Below are positions 26,831 through 35,346 of a stretch of DNA of 64,000 nucleotides, one piece after another. The stretch's first letter is position 1. Each line of letters starts with the position of its first letter. The notes beneath the pieces are model-generated. The model was not told the origin of the DNA, searched no databases, and worked only from the letters and a program-made list of their open reading frames with translations. A program made the translations under genes and the position numbers. The stretch spans positions 27,662-91,661 of the forward strand of contig JAHFKU010000001.1 in assembly GCA_023245195.1 (NCBI GenBank), given 5' to 3'. The DNA comes from Candidatus Staskawiczbacteria bacterium. Lineage in GTDB: Bacteria > Patescibacteriota > Minisyncoccia > Minisyncoccales > Staskawiczbacteraceae.

Positions 26831-27007
26831 GCTCTGAATCACGAAACTCCCGTTTTAAAAGTTACTTTTCGGGTCTTTTCTCCAAATCTGGGCTGGAAAT
26901 TCGCAAGAATTTCCAGGCGGAGCCTTTGGCTAAGCCTGAAAATTCTATCAAATTTCCAACCGCCAGATTTGGAGAAAATCCCGCGAAAGAGTTTCGTAAT
27001 TCAGAGC
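26831..27007. mobile_element. MITE-A copy (~177 bp)
   Basis: TIRs GCTCTGAATCACGAAACTC / GAGTTTCGTAATTCAGAGC; central GGCGGAGCCTTTGGCTAAGCC palindrome. Confidence 0.7.
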
Positions 27008-27092
27008 TTTTTGGGAGATTCTGAAATTTACGGTATAATGCGTATAGTTTCTCTTCACAGAAAATTAATAAACTTGAAGGCAAAATCCCTCT

Positions 27093-28391
27093 ATGATGCC
27101 ACTTAGTCAAAAATTTGAAAATGCAGCCAGGTGGTTTTTTGCTGTTGTCCAAAATAAAAAATTGATGGCTTTGGTCTTAGCGGGATTTCTGATTTCCGGC
27201 GGTATTGGGGCATACGTTGCCAAAGATTATATTGCGGGAGTGCTGTCTTCCCAAGAACAATTTTTGGGTGCCATGTTGGGCGCCAAAACTTCAACATCAG
27301 CCGGCGAATTTGATAATAAAAATGCTATCGCTAAAAAACCGGCCAAAGATTGTTTATTTGAAACTTCACAAGCGCCCCAAAAAAGCCCTCTTATTTTAAA
27401 TGAAATCGCCTGGATGGGGAATAAAGAAAGCGCCAATAATGAATGGATAGAACTTAAAAATATTTCTTCAGAACTGATGCATATAGCGGGCTGGAGCTTA
27501 ATAAACCAAAGTGAAAAAATAAAGGCGGTTTTTAAAAGCGATATCGATATTCCAGCCGGTGGCTTTTATATTTTGGAGCGGGGCGGCCTCGATTTTTTAC
27601 CTAACGTAGAAGCGGATGATTTTTTTACCGGGTCTCTTAAAAATAGCGGGGATAGCTTAAGGCTTTTTGACCAGGATTGCAATGTAATTGACCAGGTTCT
27701 TGCCGAAAGCGCCTGGCCGGCGGGAGACAATAAAACCAAAAAAACCATGGAGCGGGATTCTAACACTCTGGCTTGGCACACTTCTGGCATCGTGCAAGGA
27801 ACGCCAAGAAAAGAAAATACCCCTTTGTTAAAAGTGGTTATGAGCCCGCCCAAAGAAGCGGCCAGCCAACCCCAGATTACATTAACGCCACCGCCAACCC
27901 CAACTGTAGATTCTTTTCAAAAATTAACACAACCGCCGGTATCACAAGCCAATAATCACTTATTAATTAGTGAAATTATGGCCGGAAGCGAGACTAGCAG
28001 CACCGATGCATTTATAGAATTTTATAATCCGACATCTGGCGCTATTGATCTTACCGGCTGGACTATTAAGAAAAAAACTTCAACCGGAAGCGAATCTTCG
28101 CTGATTGTTCCTTCGCGCCTTAAGGGAAAGTTGGTTTTACCGGGAACTTATTTTTTGGCCGTAAATGAAAAAGGCCAGATAGGCGTGGCATTAGCCGATG
28201 TCATGTGGCCGGCTTCTTATCTATTGGCGCGCGCTAAAAATTCTGTTGTGATATATGATAGCTTTGGCAAAAAAGTTGAGGAAGTTGGCTGGGAAACCAT
28301 TCCCAAAGGACAAAGCTATGAACGTAATTCCTGGTTTGATAGCGCCTTTCATGTGCAAGTAAATCCTAATCCTAATAGTAAAACCCCATAA
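27093..28391 (+). CDS. Membrane-anchored protein with two lamin-tail domains
   Basis: ILNEIAWMGN...NEWIELKN and LISEIMAG...EFYNPT lamin-tail-domain signatures; PT-rich linker. Confidence 0.65.
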   Translation: MMPLSQKFENAARWFFAVVQNKKLMALVLAGFLISGGIGAYVAKDYIAGVLSSQEQFLGAMLGAKTSTSAGEFDNKNAIAKKPAKDCLFETSQAPQKSPLILNEIAWMGNKESANNEWIELKNISSELMHIAGWSLINQSEKIKAVFKSDIDIPAGGFYILERGGLDFLPNVEADDFFTGSLKNSGDSLRLFDQDCNVIDQVLAESAWPAGDNKTKKTMERDSNTLAWHTSGIVQGTPRKENTPLLKVVMSPPKEAASQPQITLTPPPTPTVDSFQKLTQPPVSQANNHLLISEIMAGSETSSTDAFIEFYNPTSGAIDLTGWTIKKKTSTGSESSLIVPSRLKGKLVLPGTYFLAVNEKGQIGVALADVMWPASYLLARAKNSVVIYDSFGKKVEEVGWETIPKGQSYERNSWFDSAFHVQVNPNPNSKTP

Positions 28392-28396
28392 ATATC

Positions 28397-29026
28397 ATGG
28401 ATAACAAGAAAATTGCAAAACATATTTTTTTTGGCCTCTTGATTATTATCGGTTGGATGGTAATGTATGGAGTATATTACCAGGCTCATAAAGGGGAAAT
28501 TGCGCAAAAAGCCAAATTAGCAGGATTGATGCAAGAGAGCCAGGTTTTGCCTGAAATTCAAAGACCCGTTAAATTTTCTGATTGCCAGATTCGGGGCGCC
28601 CTGCCAGACCCAGAATGCACTCCCGGAGATATCTTTAATAGTATTCCCTTAGAAACCATCTGCACTCATGGCTATACTAAAACGGTCAGAAATGTTTCCT
28701 TGGCCACCAAAAAGAAGGTGTATGCTATGTATGGCATCGCTTATCCGCCGAGCCGCGGGTCTTACGAAATGGACCACTTAATTCCATTGGCGCTGGGAGG
28801 AAATAATAACATTGCTAATTTATTTCCGGAAGCGGCCCAGCCAAAGCCCGGATTTAAAGAAAAAGATGTGGTTGAAATGTATTTATACCAAGAAGTGTGT
28901 GCCGGCCATATTAATCTTGGGTATGCGCAGGCAACCATAGCAAAAGACTGGCTGGCTGTTTATACCACGCTTGACCAAGCAACCATAACTGCGATAAAAA
29001 ATAAATATAAAAGTTGGGCAAATTAA
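28397..29026 (+). CDS. Membrane-anchored HNH-like nuclease
   Basis: N-terminal TM; YEMDHLIPLALGGNN...NLFP HNH His-Me-finger-like motif. Confidence 0.45.
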   Translation: MDNKKIAKHIFFGLLIIIGWMVMYGVYYQAHKGEIAQKAKLAGLMQESQVLPEIQRPVKFSDCQIRGALPDPECTPGDIFNSIPLETICTHGYTKTVRNVSLATKKKVYAMYGIAYPPSRGSYEMDHLIPLALGGNNNIANLFPEAAQPKPGFKEKDVVEMYLYQEVCAGHINLGYAQATIAKDWLAVYTTLDQATITAIKNKYKSWAN

Positions 29027-29044
29027 ATTTTTAAGAAAAAAACT

Positions 29045-29494
29045 ATGGAAAATAAAAAAATATATTTGGTGGTGATTATTGTCATTATGGCCGTGGCGCT
29101 TTTGGGGGCTGTTTTTGTGCTGGTAAAAAATAAAAAAGCATTTACTCCGGTTTCTGTTGTTGAAGATACAGCTGATATCCAGGTTTTCAGTCCCAAAGAA
29201 AACGAGGCAATTTCTTCACCTCTTGATATTACGGGAGTCGTGCGCGGAAACGGCTGGGCGGGCTTTGAGGGCCAAGTGGGAACCGTTCATGTGTTGGATA
29301 ATAATGGCAAAGAATTAGCAGCCACCTTTTTGCCGGCCACCAGCGAATGGACAAAATTACCCGTTAATTTTAGGGCTCGCGTAGAATTTACGGCCGTTGC
29401 CGGCACGCCCGGGTTTTTAGTGTTTAAAAATGAGAATCCTAGCGGCGATCCCAAGAAAGAGAAAACCTTTGTCGTAGCGATCAAATTCAAATAA
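29045..29494 (+). CDS. Secreted Ig-like (Gmad2/GerM-like) domain protein
   Basis: Signal anchor plus beta-rich ~110-aa domain; weak family assignment. Confidence 0.35.
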   Translation: MENKKIYLVVIIVIMAVALLGAVFVLVKNKKAFTPVSVVEDTADIQVFSPKENEAISSPLDITGVVRGNGWAGFEGQVGTVHVLDNNGKELAATFLPATSEWTKLPVNFRARVEFTAVAGTPGFLVFKNENPSGDPKKEKTFVVAIKFK

Positions 29495-29518
29495 ATTACA
29501 GTTTTACAATAGTGTTAT

Positions 29519-29604
29519 GGCTACGAAATACGAATGTCATACGAATATACGAATGCAAACGCTGTTGTTAATTCGTATATTCGTAACTATTCGTATTTCG
29601 TAGC
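29519..29604. repeat. Family-5 TACGAAT/ATTCGTA palindrome upstream of tgt
   Basis: GGCTACGAAATACGAATGTCATACGAATATACGAAT...ATTCGTATATTCGTAACTATTCGTATTTCGTAGC. Confidence 0.55.
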
Positions 29605-29610
29605 TAAATT

Positions 29611-30783
29611 ATGAACTTTCACATCTCAAGAAAATCTAAATTAAGCAATGCCAGAATTGGTTTTTTAGAAACAAGCCACGGAGTTATTGAAACTCCGTGT
29701 TTAGTTCCCGTTGCTACGCAAGCAGTGGTTAAAACGCTGACCAGCGAAGAAGTGGCAGAAACTAAATCCCAAATATTAATTTCCAATACATTTCATTTGC
29801 ATTTAAAGCCGGGCGAAAAAATTGTCCAAAAAGCCGGCGGTTTGCATGACTTTATGAATTGGAAAAAACCACTCATGACTGATTCGGGCGGTTTTCAGGT
29901 TTTTTCTTTGGGTTTTGGCCGGGATTTACATATTGGAAAAATGATTAAATCTGATGCTAAAGATGCAGGCCAGCAAGTAATTTTAGGATCCCGCCCAAAA
30001 CATATTAAGATCATGCAAGACGGGGTATATTTTAAATCTCCGATTGACGGGGCAGAATTATTTATCGGGCCGAAAGAATCAATTGCCATACAAGAAAAAT
30101 TGGGGGCCGATATTATTTTTGCTTTTGACGAGTGTACCCCGCCCTTGGCTGATTATGAATATACTAAAAATTCCTTATTAAAAACCCACGCCTGGGCGAA
30201 GATATGTTTGAAGGCAAAATCCAAGGTCGCCTCTGCTAAGGGCTTGGGCGGACCAAAGCAGGCATTGTATGGCATTGTGCAGGGAGGAAAATATAAAGAT
30301 TTAAGGATTGAAAGTGCCAAGTATATTGCTTCGCTGGACTTTGATGGCTTTGGCATTGGCGGCGAGTTTGGCGACAATAAAAAAATAATGTCAGAAATGT
30401 TGCATTGGGTTGTGGCTGAATTGCCGGAAAAAAAGCCGCGTCATTTGTTGGGGATCGGCCAGTTAGAAGATATGGAAAATATTATAAAAGCCGGAGTTGA
30501 TACGTTTGATTGCACCATACCAACGCATTATGCGCGCCGCGGCATCGCTTTTACTTCAGAGGGAAAACTAAATTTAAACCAAACCAAATTTTTAAAAAAG
30601 CGCGAACCGCTGGATAAAGGCTGCGTTTGCAACGTGTGCCTTAATTACAAAAAAGATTACATCTGCCATTTATTGAGAGCCAAAGAAATAACGGCATTAA
30701 AACTGATAACCTTCCATAATTTGTGCTATTTTAATAATTATGTAGAAGAGATCAGAGGAAAAATAAAAAAAGGTGAAATATAA
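29611..30783 (+). CDS. tgt: Queuine tRNA-ribosyltransferase
   Basis: TIM-barrel Tgt motifs (MTDSGGFQV, LGIGQ) and a CxCxxC...H zinc site (CVCNVCLNY...CHL). Confidence 0.9.
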   Translation: MNFHISRKSKLSNARIGFLETSHGVIETPCLVPVATQAVVKTLTSEEVAETKSQILISNTFHLHLKPGEKIVQKAGGLHDFMNWKKPLMTDSGGFQVFSLGFGRDLHIGKMIKSDAKDAGQQVILGSRPKHIKIMQDGVYFKSPIDGAELFIGPKESIAIQEKLGADIIFAFDECTPPLADYEYTKNSLLKTHAWAKICLKAKSKVASAKGLGGPKQALYGIVQGGKYKDLRIESAKYIASLDFDGFGIGGEFGDNKKIMSEMLHWVVAELPEKKPRHLLGIGQLEDMENIIKAGVDTFDCTIPTHYARRGIAFTSEGKLNLNQTKFLKKREPLDKGCVCNVCLNYKKDYICHLLRAKEITALKLITFHNLCYFNNYVEEIRGKIKKGEI

Positions 30784-30807
30784 TTAACATTTTGTTATAA
30801 TTTATAT

Positions 30808-31446
30808 ATGAACACAAAAAAACACGAATTGCCAAATTTGCCATACGCATATAATGCATTGGAGCCTTATATTTCAGAAGAAATTATGATGTTGCATCAT
30901 GACAAGCATCATGCGGCCTATGTTAAAAATCTTAACGACGCTCTTGAAAAGCATCCTGAATTATTTTCAAAAAGTGCCGAAGAATTAGTTATGAATTTAA
31001 ATAATATTCCAGAAGATATTAAAATGGCAGTAAGAAATAATGGGGGAGGGCATGTGAATCATTCTATGTTTTGGGAAAGCATGATGCCGGCCGTCTCCGC
31101 TAAGGCTTCGGCGGCTGAAAGAGGAGAGCCAAGTGGAAAATTAGCCGAAGAAATTAAAAAAACATTTGGCAGTTTTGCTGATTTTCAAACCAAATTTAAC
31201 GATACGGGTGCTAAGCGTTTTGGCAGTGGCTGGGTGTGGTTGGTAAAAAATAAAGAAGGAGCATTGGAAATTATGTCTACCGCAAATCAAGATAATCCTA
31301 TGACGGATGGCCATATGCCTATTTTGGGAAATGATGTCTGGGAACACGCCTATTATCTGCAATATAAAAATGTGAGGGCGGATTATTTGAAGGCCTGGTG
31401 GAATGTGGTAAATTGGCAGGAGGTAGAGCGTAGATTTAATTTTTAA
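30808..31446 (+). CDS. sodA: Fe/Mn superoxide dismutase
   Basis: Canonical motifs [14 protein letters not shown] and DVWEHAYY. Confidence 0.9.
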   Translation: MNTKKHELPNLPYAYNALEPYISEEIMMLHHDKHHAAYVKNLNDALEKHPELFSKSAEELVMNLNNIPEDIKMAVRNNGGGHVNHSMFWESMMPAVSAKASAAERGEPSGKLAEEIKKTFGSFADFQTKFNDTGAKRFGSGWVWLVKNKEGALEIMSTANQDNPMTDGHMPILGNDVWEHAYYLQYKNVRADYLKAWWNVVNWQEVERRFNF

Positions 31447-31483
31447 ATCTGAATCTAGTATCTTGTATCTTGAAGCTAGAATA

Positions 31484-31503
31484 CCTGCCTGCCGGTAGGC
31501 AGG
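31484..31503 (+). terminator. Hairpin CCTGCC-TGCCGGTA-GGCAGG after sodA
   Basis: GC stem 35 nt after the sodA stop. Confidence 0.45.
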
Positions 31504-31527
31504 GAATACAGAATAATGAATACATAA

Positions 31528-32253
31528 GTGATTCCAAATTCATTTATTCCATTCAAGATGCTAGATACTAAATTCCAGATTCTAGTCAACATGGTAACCT
31601 TGGACGACGTTAAAAATAATCCCCAGATATTAGAATTTATCAACCAAACCGAAGAGGCTATGGAAGCTTTGTCTTATACTAATCACGGGCTTCGCCATTC
31701 CAATATTGTAGCACAAAGGGCTATGGAAATTGCCAAGAATATCGGATTAAATAATCGGGAAGCGGAATTGGCGGCCATGGCCGGATTTTGCCACGATATG
31801 GGCAACTTTTTAACCCGCACCTTTCATCACTTTTTTGGCGCCCAGCTTTTTGGCCAAGTGTTTATGGGAAAGTTTGACCCTAAGGAACTGGCTATGATTA
31901 TGCAGGCTATTTCAAACCATGATAAAGATGAAATGAATTTTGTGCATGCGGTATCAGCAGTGTTAGTGTTGGCGGATAAATCTGATGTTGATCGATCTCG
32001 CGTGGCCAAACAAAGCCTAGAAGAAACCAAAGCCGATATTCATGATCGGGTAAATTATGCTACCACTGAAAGTGATATAAAAGTAGAAAAAGGGAAAAAA
32101 CGAATTACCCTGAAGTTAAAAATCGATACCAAATTTTGCCCGGTTATGGAATACTTTGAAATTTTTACCGAAAGAATGGTCTTTTGCCGAAAGGCGGCGC
32201 AGTTTTTGGGATATGATTTTGGGTTGGTTATTAATGATTTTGAATTACTTTAG
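31528..32253 (+). CDS. HD-domain phosphohydrolase
   Basis: H...HD metal-binding motif (HGLRHS...CHDMGN). Confidence 0.7.
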   Translation: MIPNSFIPFKMLDTKFQILVNMVTLDDVKNNPQILEFINQTEEAMEALSYTNHGLRHSNIVAQRAMEIAKNIGLNNREAELAAMAGFCHDMGNFLTRTFHHFFGAQLFGQVFMGKFDPKELAMIMQAISNHDKDEMNFVHAVSAVLVLADKSDVDRSRVAKQSLEETKADIHDRVNYATTESDIKVEKGKKRITLKLKIDTKFCPVMEYFEIFTERMVFCRKAAQFLGYDFGLVINDFELL

Positions 32254-32310
32254 GAGTAATCACGAATATACAAATTTCCACAAATATACGAATTTTACAA
32301 ATATACAAAT
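32252..32310. repeat. Family-5 half-element (left arm only) starting at the stop codon of the HD-domain gene
   Basis: AGGAGTAATCACGAATATACAAATTTCCACAAATATACGAATTTTACAAATATACAAAT, same arm as at 57376. Confidence 0.5.
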
Positions 32311-32367
32311 ATGTCTACTCTCATTACAAAGAGAGCGCAGTAATCTATTGAGCTAATTTTAAAATTT

Positions 32368-33150
32368 ATGGCAGAAAATTTACCATCACAAGAACAACCA
32401 GAAGAAATTTCACTGGAGGAAGATGAGAAAAGAAGACTTGAACAAGAATGGCTTAATTTTTCAGAAGCTAATAAAATGTTGCGGTTTTTGGAAAATCAAG
32501 AAATCGTTGTAAGTGATCGCCAAGCTCGCCTTCTTGCCATAAGTTGTTGTAACCGTCTTAATGATTTGCTGGATGATCGTAGCAAGAAAGCCTTGGAGGT
32601 TGCAGAACTTTATGCAGATGGTAATGCAAATATTGAAGATTTAAATGAAGCGCGCAGGATTGCTAGAGAGGTCTTATCCAATCTCCCTTTTGACGAAAAT
32701 GGTAGTATTGATTTGGGGTCAATCGAGTTAACAGCAACCCAACAAGCCTTGGAAGCTATCAATTGTAGTTTAGACGCCTCAGCACGTCTTTTTTTAGGAT
32801 CGGCTATAATTAGATCTAATACAGCTTTTGCTTATGCTTACGATAAAAATCAATCTAAGGATAAAGCAAATTCATATTCTGTAAATTTATTGCGCGACAT
32901 TGTAGGCAACCCCTTTGCCAAAGAACCAATCGTATTTGATGAAAATTGGCGTACGTCAGATGTTCTTGCAATCGCCAAAGGCATTTATGAAGAAAAAGCT
33001 TTTGAGCGAATGCCCATTTTAGCTGATGCTCTCCAAGATGCTGGATGTGATAACGAGGAAATTCTCAATCATTGTCGTAAAGATTTAAATACTTCAGAAT
33101 GTTCGCATGTCAGAGGTTGCTGGGTTATAGACCTAATACTTGGTAAATAA
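32368..33150 (+). CDS. Hypothetical protein; last 7 codons and stop lie inside the left arm of a MITE-B copy
   Basis: 260 aa with no confident family. The C-terminal ...LADALQDAGCDNEEIL...HVRGCWVIDLILGK resembles repeat-companion cores but is unassigned. The TAA stop at 33148-33150 is inside the MITE-B left TIR. Confidence 0.4.
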   Translation: MAENLPSQEQPEEISLEEDEKRRLEQEWLNFSEANKMLRFLENQEIVVSDRQARLLAISCCNRLNDLLDDRSKKALEVAELYADGNANIEDLNEARRIAREVLSNLPFDENGSIDLGSIELTATQQALEAINCSLDASARLFLGSAIIRSNTAFAYAYDKNQSKDKANSYSVNLLRDIVGNPFAKEPIVFDENWRTSDVLAIAKGIYEEKAFERMPILADALQDAGCDNEEILNHCRKDLNTSECSHVRGCWVIDLILGK

Positions 33151-33293
33151 TTTACTGCAAATTAAATCTTTTGGCTATAAATTTCCAAAAGCTCCGCGGC
33201 TTATCGACCTTGCTGATAAGCCTTGTCGCTTTTTGAAATTTCTATCTCAAGATCTTTAATTTTCGTAACAATTATTTACCAATTATTAGGTCT
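33129..33293. mobile_element. MITE-B copy (~165 bp)
   Basis: TIRs AGACCTAATACTTGGTAAATAAT / ATTATTTACCAATTATTAGGTCT; core ...AAATCTTTTGG..AAATTTCCAAAAGCTC.GCGGCTTATCGA...TGATAAGCC... shared with the 40434 copy. Confidence 0.65.
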
Positions 33294-33353
33294 TAGATCT
33301 AATTCTAGGAAAAAACTAATTCCAGCTCCAGAATACAAGATACAGAATACATT

Positions 33354-33821
33354 ATGGAAAAGAAAAAGTTATTTTATATAATCGTTGATAATATAAGAAG
33401 CTTGGAAAATATCGGATCAATTTTTAGGACAGCAGATGCCTTGGGAGTTGCGAAAATATTTTTATGCGGGATTTCGGGCGTGCCACCAAACCATAAAATT
33501 GCCAAAACTGCGCTTGGCGCCGAAACAACGATTCCTTTTGAATATCACAAGCAAACATGGCGGTTGATAGAAAAATTACAGGCTCAAGGAATACAGATTG
33601 TTGCTTTAGAACAAGACAAAAAAGCCGTTTTATATACAAAATTCAAGCCTAAATTTCCCTTGGCGTTAATTGTTGGCAACGAAGTAAAGGGAATTTCTAA
33701 AAAAACGTTATCTCTCGCAGATAGGATTATTTATTTGCCAATGAAGGGCAAAAAAGAGTCGTTGAATGTATCGGTGGCGTTTGGGGTAGCGGGATACCAG
33801 ATAAGAAAATTTGAAATTTGA
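33354..33821 (+). CDS. SpoU/TrmH-family RNA 2'-O-methyltransferase (TrmL-like)
   Basis: 155-aa SPOUT fold (LENIGSIFRTADALG, ALIVGNE..G). The 3' end, including the stop, overlaps a family-3 palindromic repeat. Confidence 0.75.
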   Translation: MEKKKLFYIIVDNIRSLENIGSIFRTADALGVAKIFLCGISGVPPNHKIAKTALGAETTIPFEYHKQTWRLIEKLQAQGIQIVALEQDKKAVLYTKFKPKFPLALIVGNEVKGISKKTLSLADRIIYLPMKGKKESLNVSVAFGVAGYQIRKFEI

Positions 33822-33970
33822 AATTTACAATTTGAAATCAAGCCGCGCACCACGGTGCGCGGCCGAATGTTAAAATGTGTAAATTTTAAAACCCGACGTC
33901 GTGTTTCAATCATTTCAAATTAAATCATTTCAAATTGATTTCAAATTTCAAATTGTAAATTTCAAATTAA
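33807..33970. repeat. Family-3 palindromic element (TTTGAAATTTACAATTTGAAAT termini with an internal GC-rich hairpin)
   Basis: Termini AAATTTGAAATTTACAATTTGAAATC / ATTTCAAATTGTAAATTTCAAATT; inner hairpin GCCGCGCACCACGGTGCGCGGC (33842-33863); GACGTCGTGTTT box. Confidence 0.6.
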
Positions 33971-33974
33971 AACT

Positions 33975-34226
33975 ATGCTTGATCCACAAACCATAAAATT
34001 TATAGAACTGCTATCTAATCCCTCATACGCTTTATTATTTTTGGCGTTGGCGGTTTGGGGACTGGCTTGGAAGGGAATTGCGCTATGGCGAGCTTCGCGT
34101 AACAACCAAAGAAATTGGTTTATTGTAATGTTGATTTGCAACACGTTTGGCATTTTAGAAATTATCTATATTTTTTACTTTTCTCATCCAAAACAAGCAA
34201 AAAAGGAACAAAACATTGACACATGA
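33975..34226 (+). CDS. Small two-TM membrane protein
   Basis: 83 aa with two hydrophobic helices; the start codon immediately follows a family-3 repeat. Confidence 0.4.
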   Translation: MLDPQTIKFIELLSNPSYALLFLALAVWGLAWKGIALWRASRNNQRNWFIVMLICNTFGILEIIYIFYFSHPKQAKKEQNIDT

Positions 34227-34274
34227 TTGACCTCGAGACTATTATAAGCTAAAATGAGCTTAAAGTTATTGTAA

Positions 34275-34447
34275 CCTTGAATCACGAAATGCCCTTTGGA
34301 AAGCAAGTTTCGGGTCTTTTCTCCAAATCTGGGCTGGAAATTCGCTATAATTTCTATGCGTAGCCTTTGGCTACGCCTATAAATTCTATCACATTTCCAT
34401 CTTCCAGATTTGGGGAAAATCCCGCGAAAGCATTTCGTGATTCAAGG
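34275..34447. mobile_element. MITE-A copy (~173 bp) with perfect 18-bp TIRs
   Basis: CCTTGAATCACGAAATGC ... GCATTTCGTGATTCAAGG; the whole element is a long imperfect palindrome. Confidence 0.8.
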
Positions 34448-34575
34448 TGGTAATTAAATAACAAGGTCGATTTTTTAAAGTTATAAACGTTATAGACGTT
34501 ATATCACTTCGCTCGTTTTAAACGATTAAAACGAAATTGCAAAGTAATTGATATGACGATTAGAACAACTAAACT

Positions 34576-34833
34576 ATGCCAGGAAAATCAAATTCGGCTT
34601 TCATGAAGCCAATGAAACTTACTGCTGAATTAGAAGCAGTGGTTGGAAAGGGGCCTATGCCAAGAAGCCAAGTGGTAAAAAAATTGTGGGAATACATCAA
34701 GAAAAATAATTTGCAAGATGCTACCAATAAAAGAAATATTAATGCCGACGCAGCATTAAAAGCGGTCTTTGGCGGAAAGGGAATGGTAAATATGTTTGAG
34801 ATGACAAAATTAGTTTCAAAGCATCTCTCGTAA
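34576..34833 (+). CDS. SWIB/MDM2-domain protein
   Basis: TAELEAVVGKGPMPRSQVVKKLWEYIKKNNLQD...NADAALKAVFG is the SWIB domain signature. Confidence 0.7.
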   Translation: MPGKSNSAFMKPMKLTAELEAVVGKGPMPRSQVVKKLWEYIKKNNLQDATNKRNINADAALKAVFGGKGMVNMFEMTKLVSKHLS

Positions 34834-34835
34834 AT

Positions 34836-34940
34836 AATACGAATTCACACGAATTGCAAGGCGAATGAACACGAATCACAAATTCGTGCTTTCGTGAAAA
34901 TTCGTGGCGCAACAGCGCCTGATTCGTGTTTATTCGTCAC
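34836..34940. repeat. Family-5-like ACGAAT/ATTCGT-rich palindromic region upstream of the small zinc-ribbon gene
   Basis: AATACGAATTCACACGAATTGCAAGGCGAATGAACACGAATCACAAATTCGTGCTTTCGTGAAAATTCGTGGCGC..GATTCGTGTTTATTCGTCAC. Confidence 0.45.
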
Positions 34941-34944
34941 AAAT

Positions 34945-35109
34945 ATGACAACAGCTTATTGCGTAAAATGCAAAGAAAAGGATGTAGAAATGAAAGATGC
35001 CAAAGAAGTCCCATTTAAAAGAAAAGGTGGAAAGATGGGCAAGGCCATGACCGGCATCCATGAAAAATGCGGAACCAAGATGTTTAGGATTATGGGAGCA
35101 GCGAAATAG
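34945..35109 (+). CDS. Small zinc-ribbon protein (CxxC...C), hypothetical
   Basis: The track ORF starts at 34894, but its first 17 codons translate a TACGAAT-family repeat; the ATG at 34945 gives a 54-aa CVKC...EKCG protein. Confidence 0.35.
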   Translation: MTTAYCVKCKEKDVEMKDAKEVPFKRKGGKMGKAMTGIHEKCGTKMFRIMGAAK

Positions 35110-35118
35110 TCCATTTTC

Positions 35119-35150
35119 AAAACGCCGAGCCTGTAAGGGCTCGGCGTTTT
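35119..35150 (+). terminator. Rho-independent terminator after the small zinc-ribbon gene
   Basis: AAAACGCCGAGCC-TGTAAGG-GCTCGGCGTTTT, a perfect 13-bp stem. Confidence 0.75.
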
Positions 35151-35173
35151 GCAAAACTAATAACTAAAAATAT

Positions 35174-35343
35174 AATTTGAAATTTACAATTTGAAATTTG
35201 AAATCAATTTGAAAAAAACGTGAATTTGAAATAATTAAAACATGACGTCGTGTTTTCAAATTTAAACATTGAAACATTCGGCCACGCGCCCCGCGGGGCG
35301 CGTGGCTTAATTTCAAATTGTAAATTTCAAATTTCAAATTCAA
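35174..35343. repeat. Family-3 palindromic element, inverted relative to the 33807 copy
   Basis: The same termini, the GACGTCGTGTTTT box and the GC hairpin GGCCACGCGCCCCGCGGGGCGCGTGGC (35280-35306); ends 3 nt before the ndk ATG. Confidence 0.6.
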
Positions 35344-35346
35344 AAT

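Noticed and set aside
26098-27152. ORFs 26098-26319(-), 26776-27024(+), 26801-27106(+) and 26862-27152(-)
   Set aside because: They lie within the two MITE-A copies. Their peptides (..SGLFSKFGSKIRNNFEPEA.., ..NSRFKSYFSGLFSKSGLEIRKNF..) are translations of the repeat, and the same peptides recur wherever the MITE occurs.
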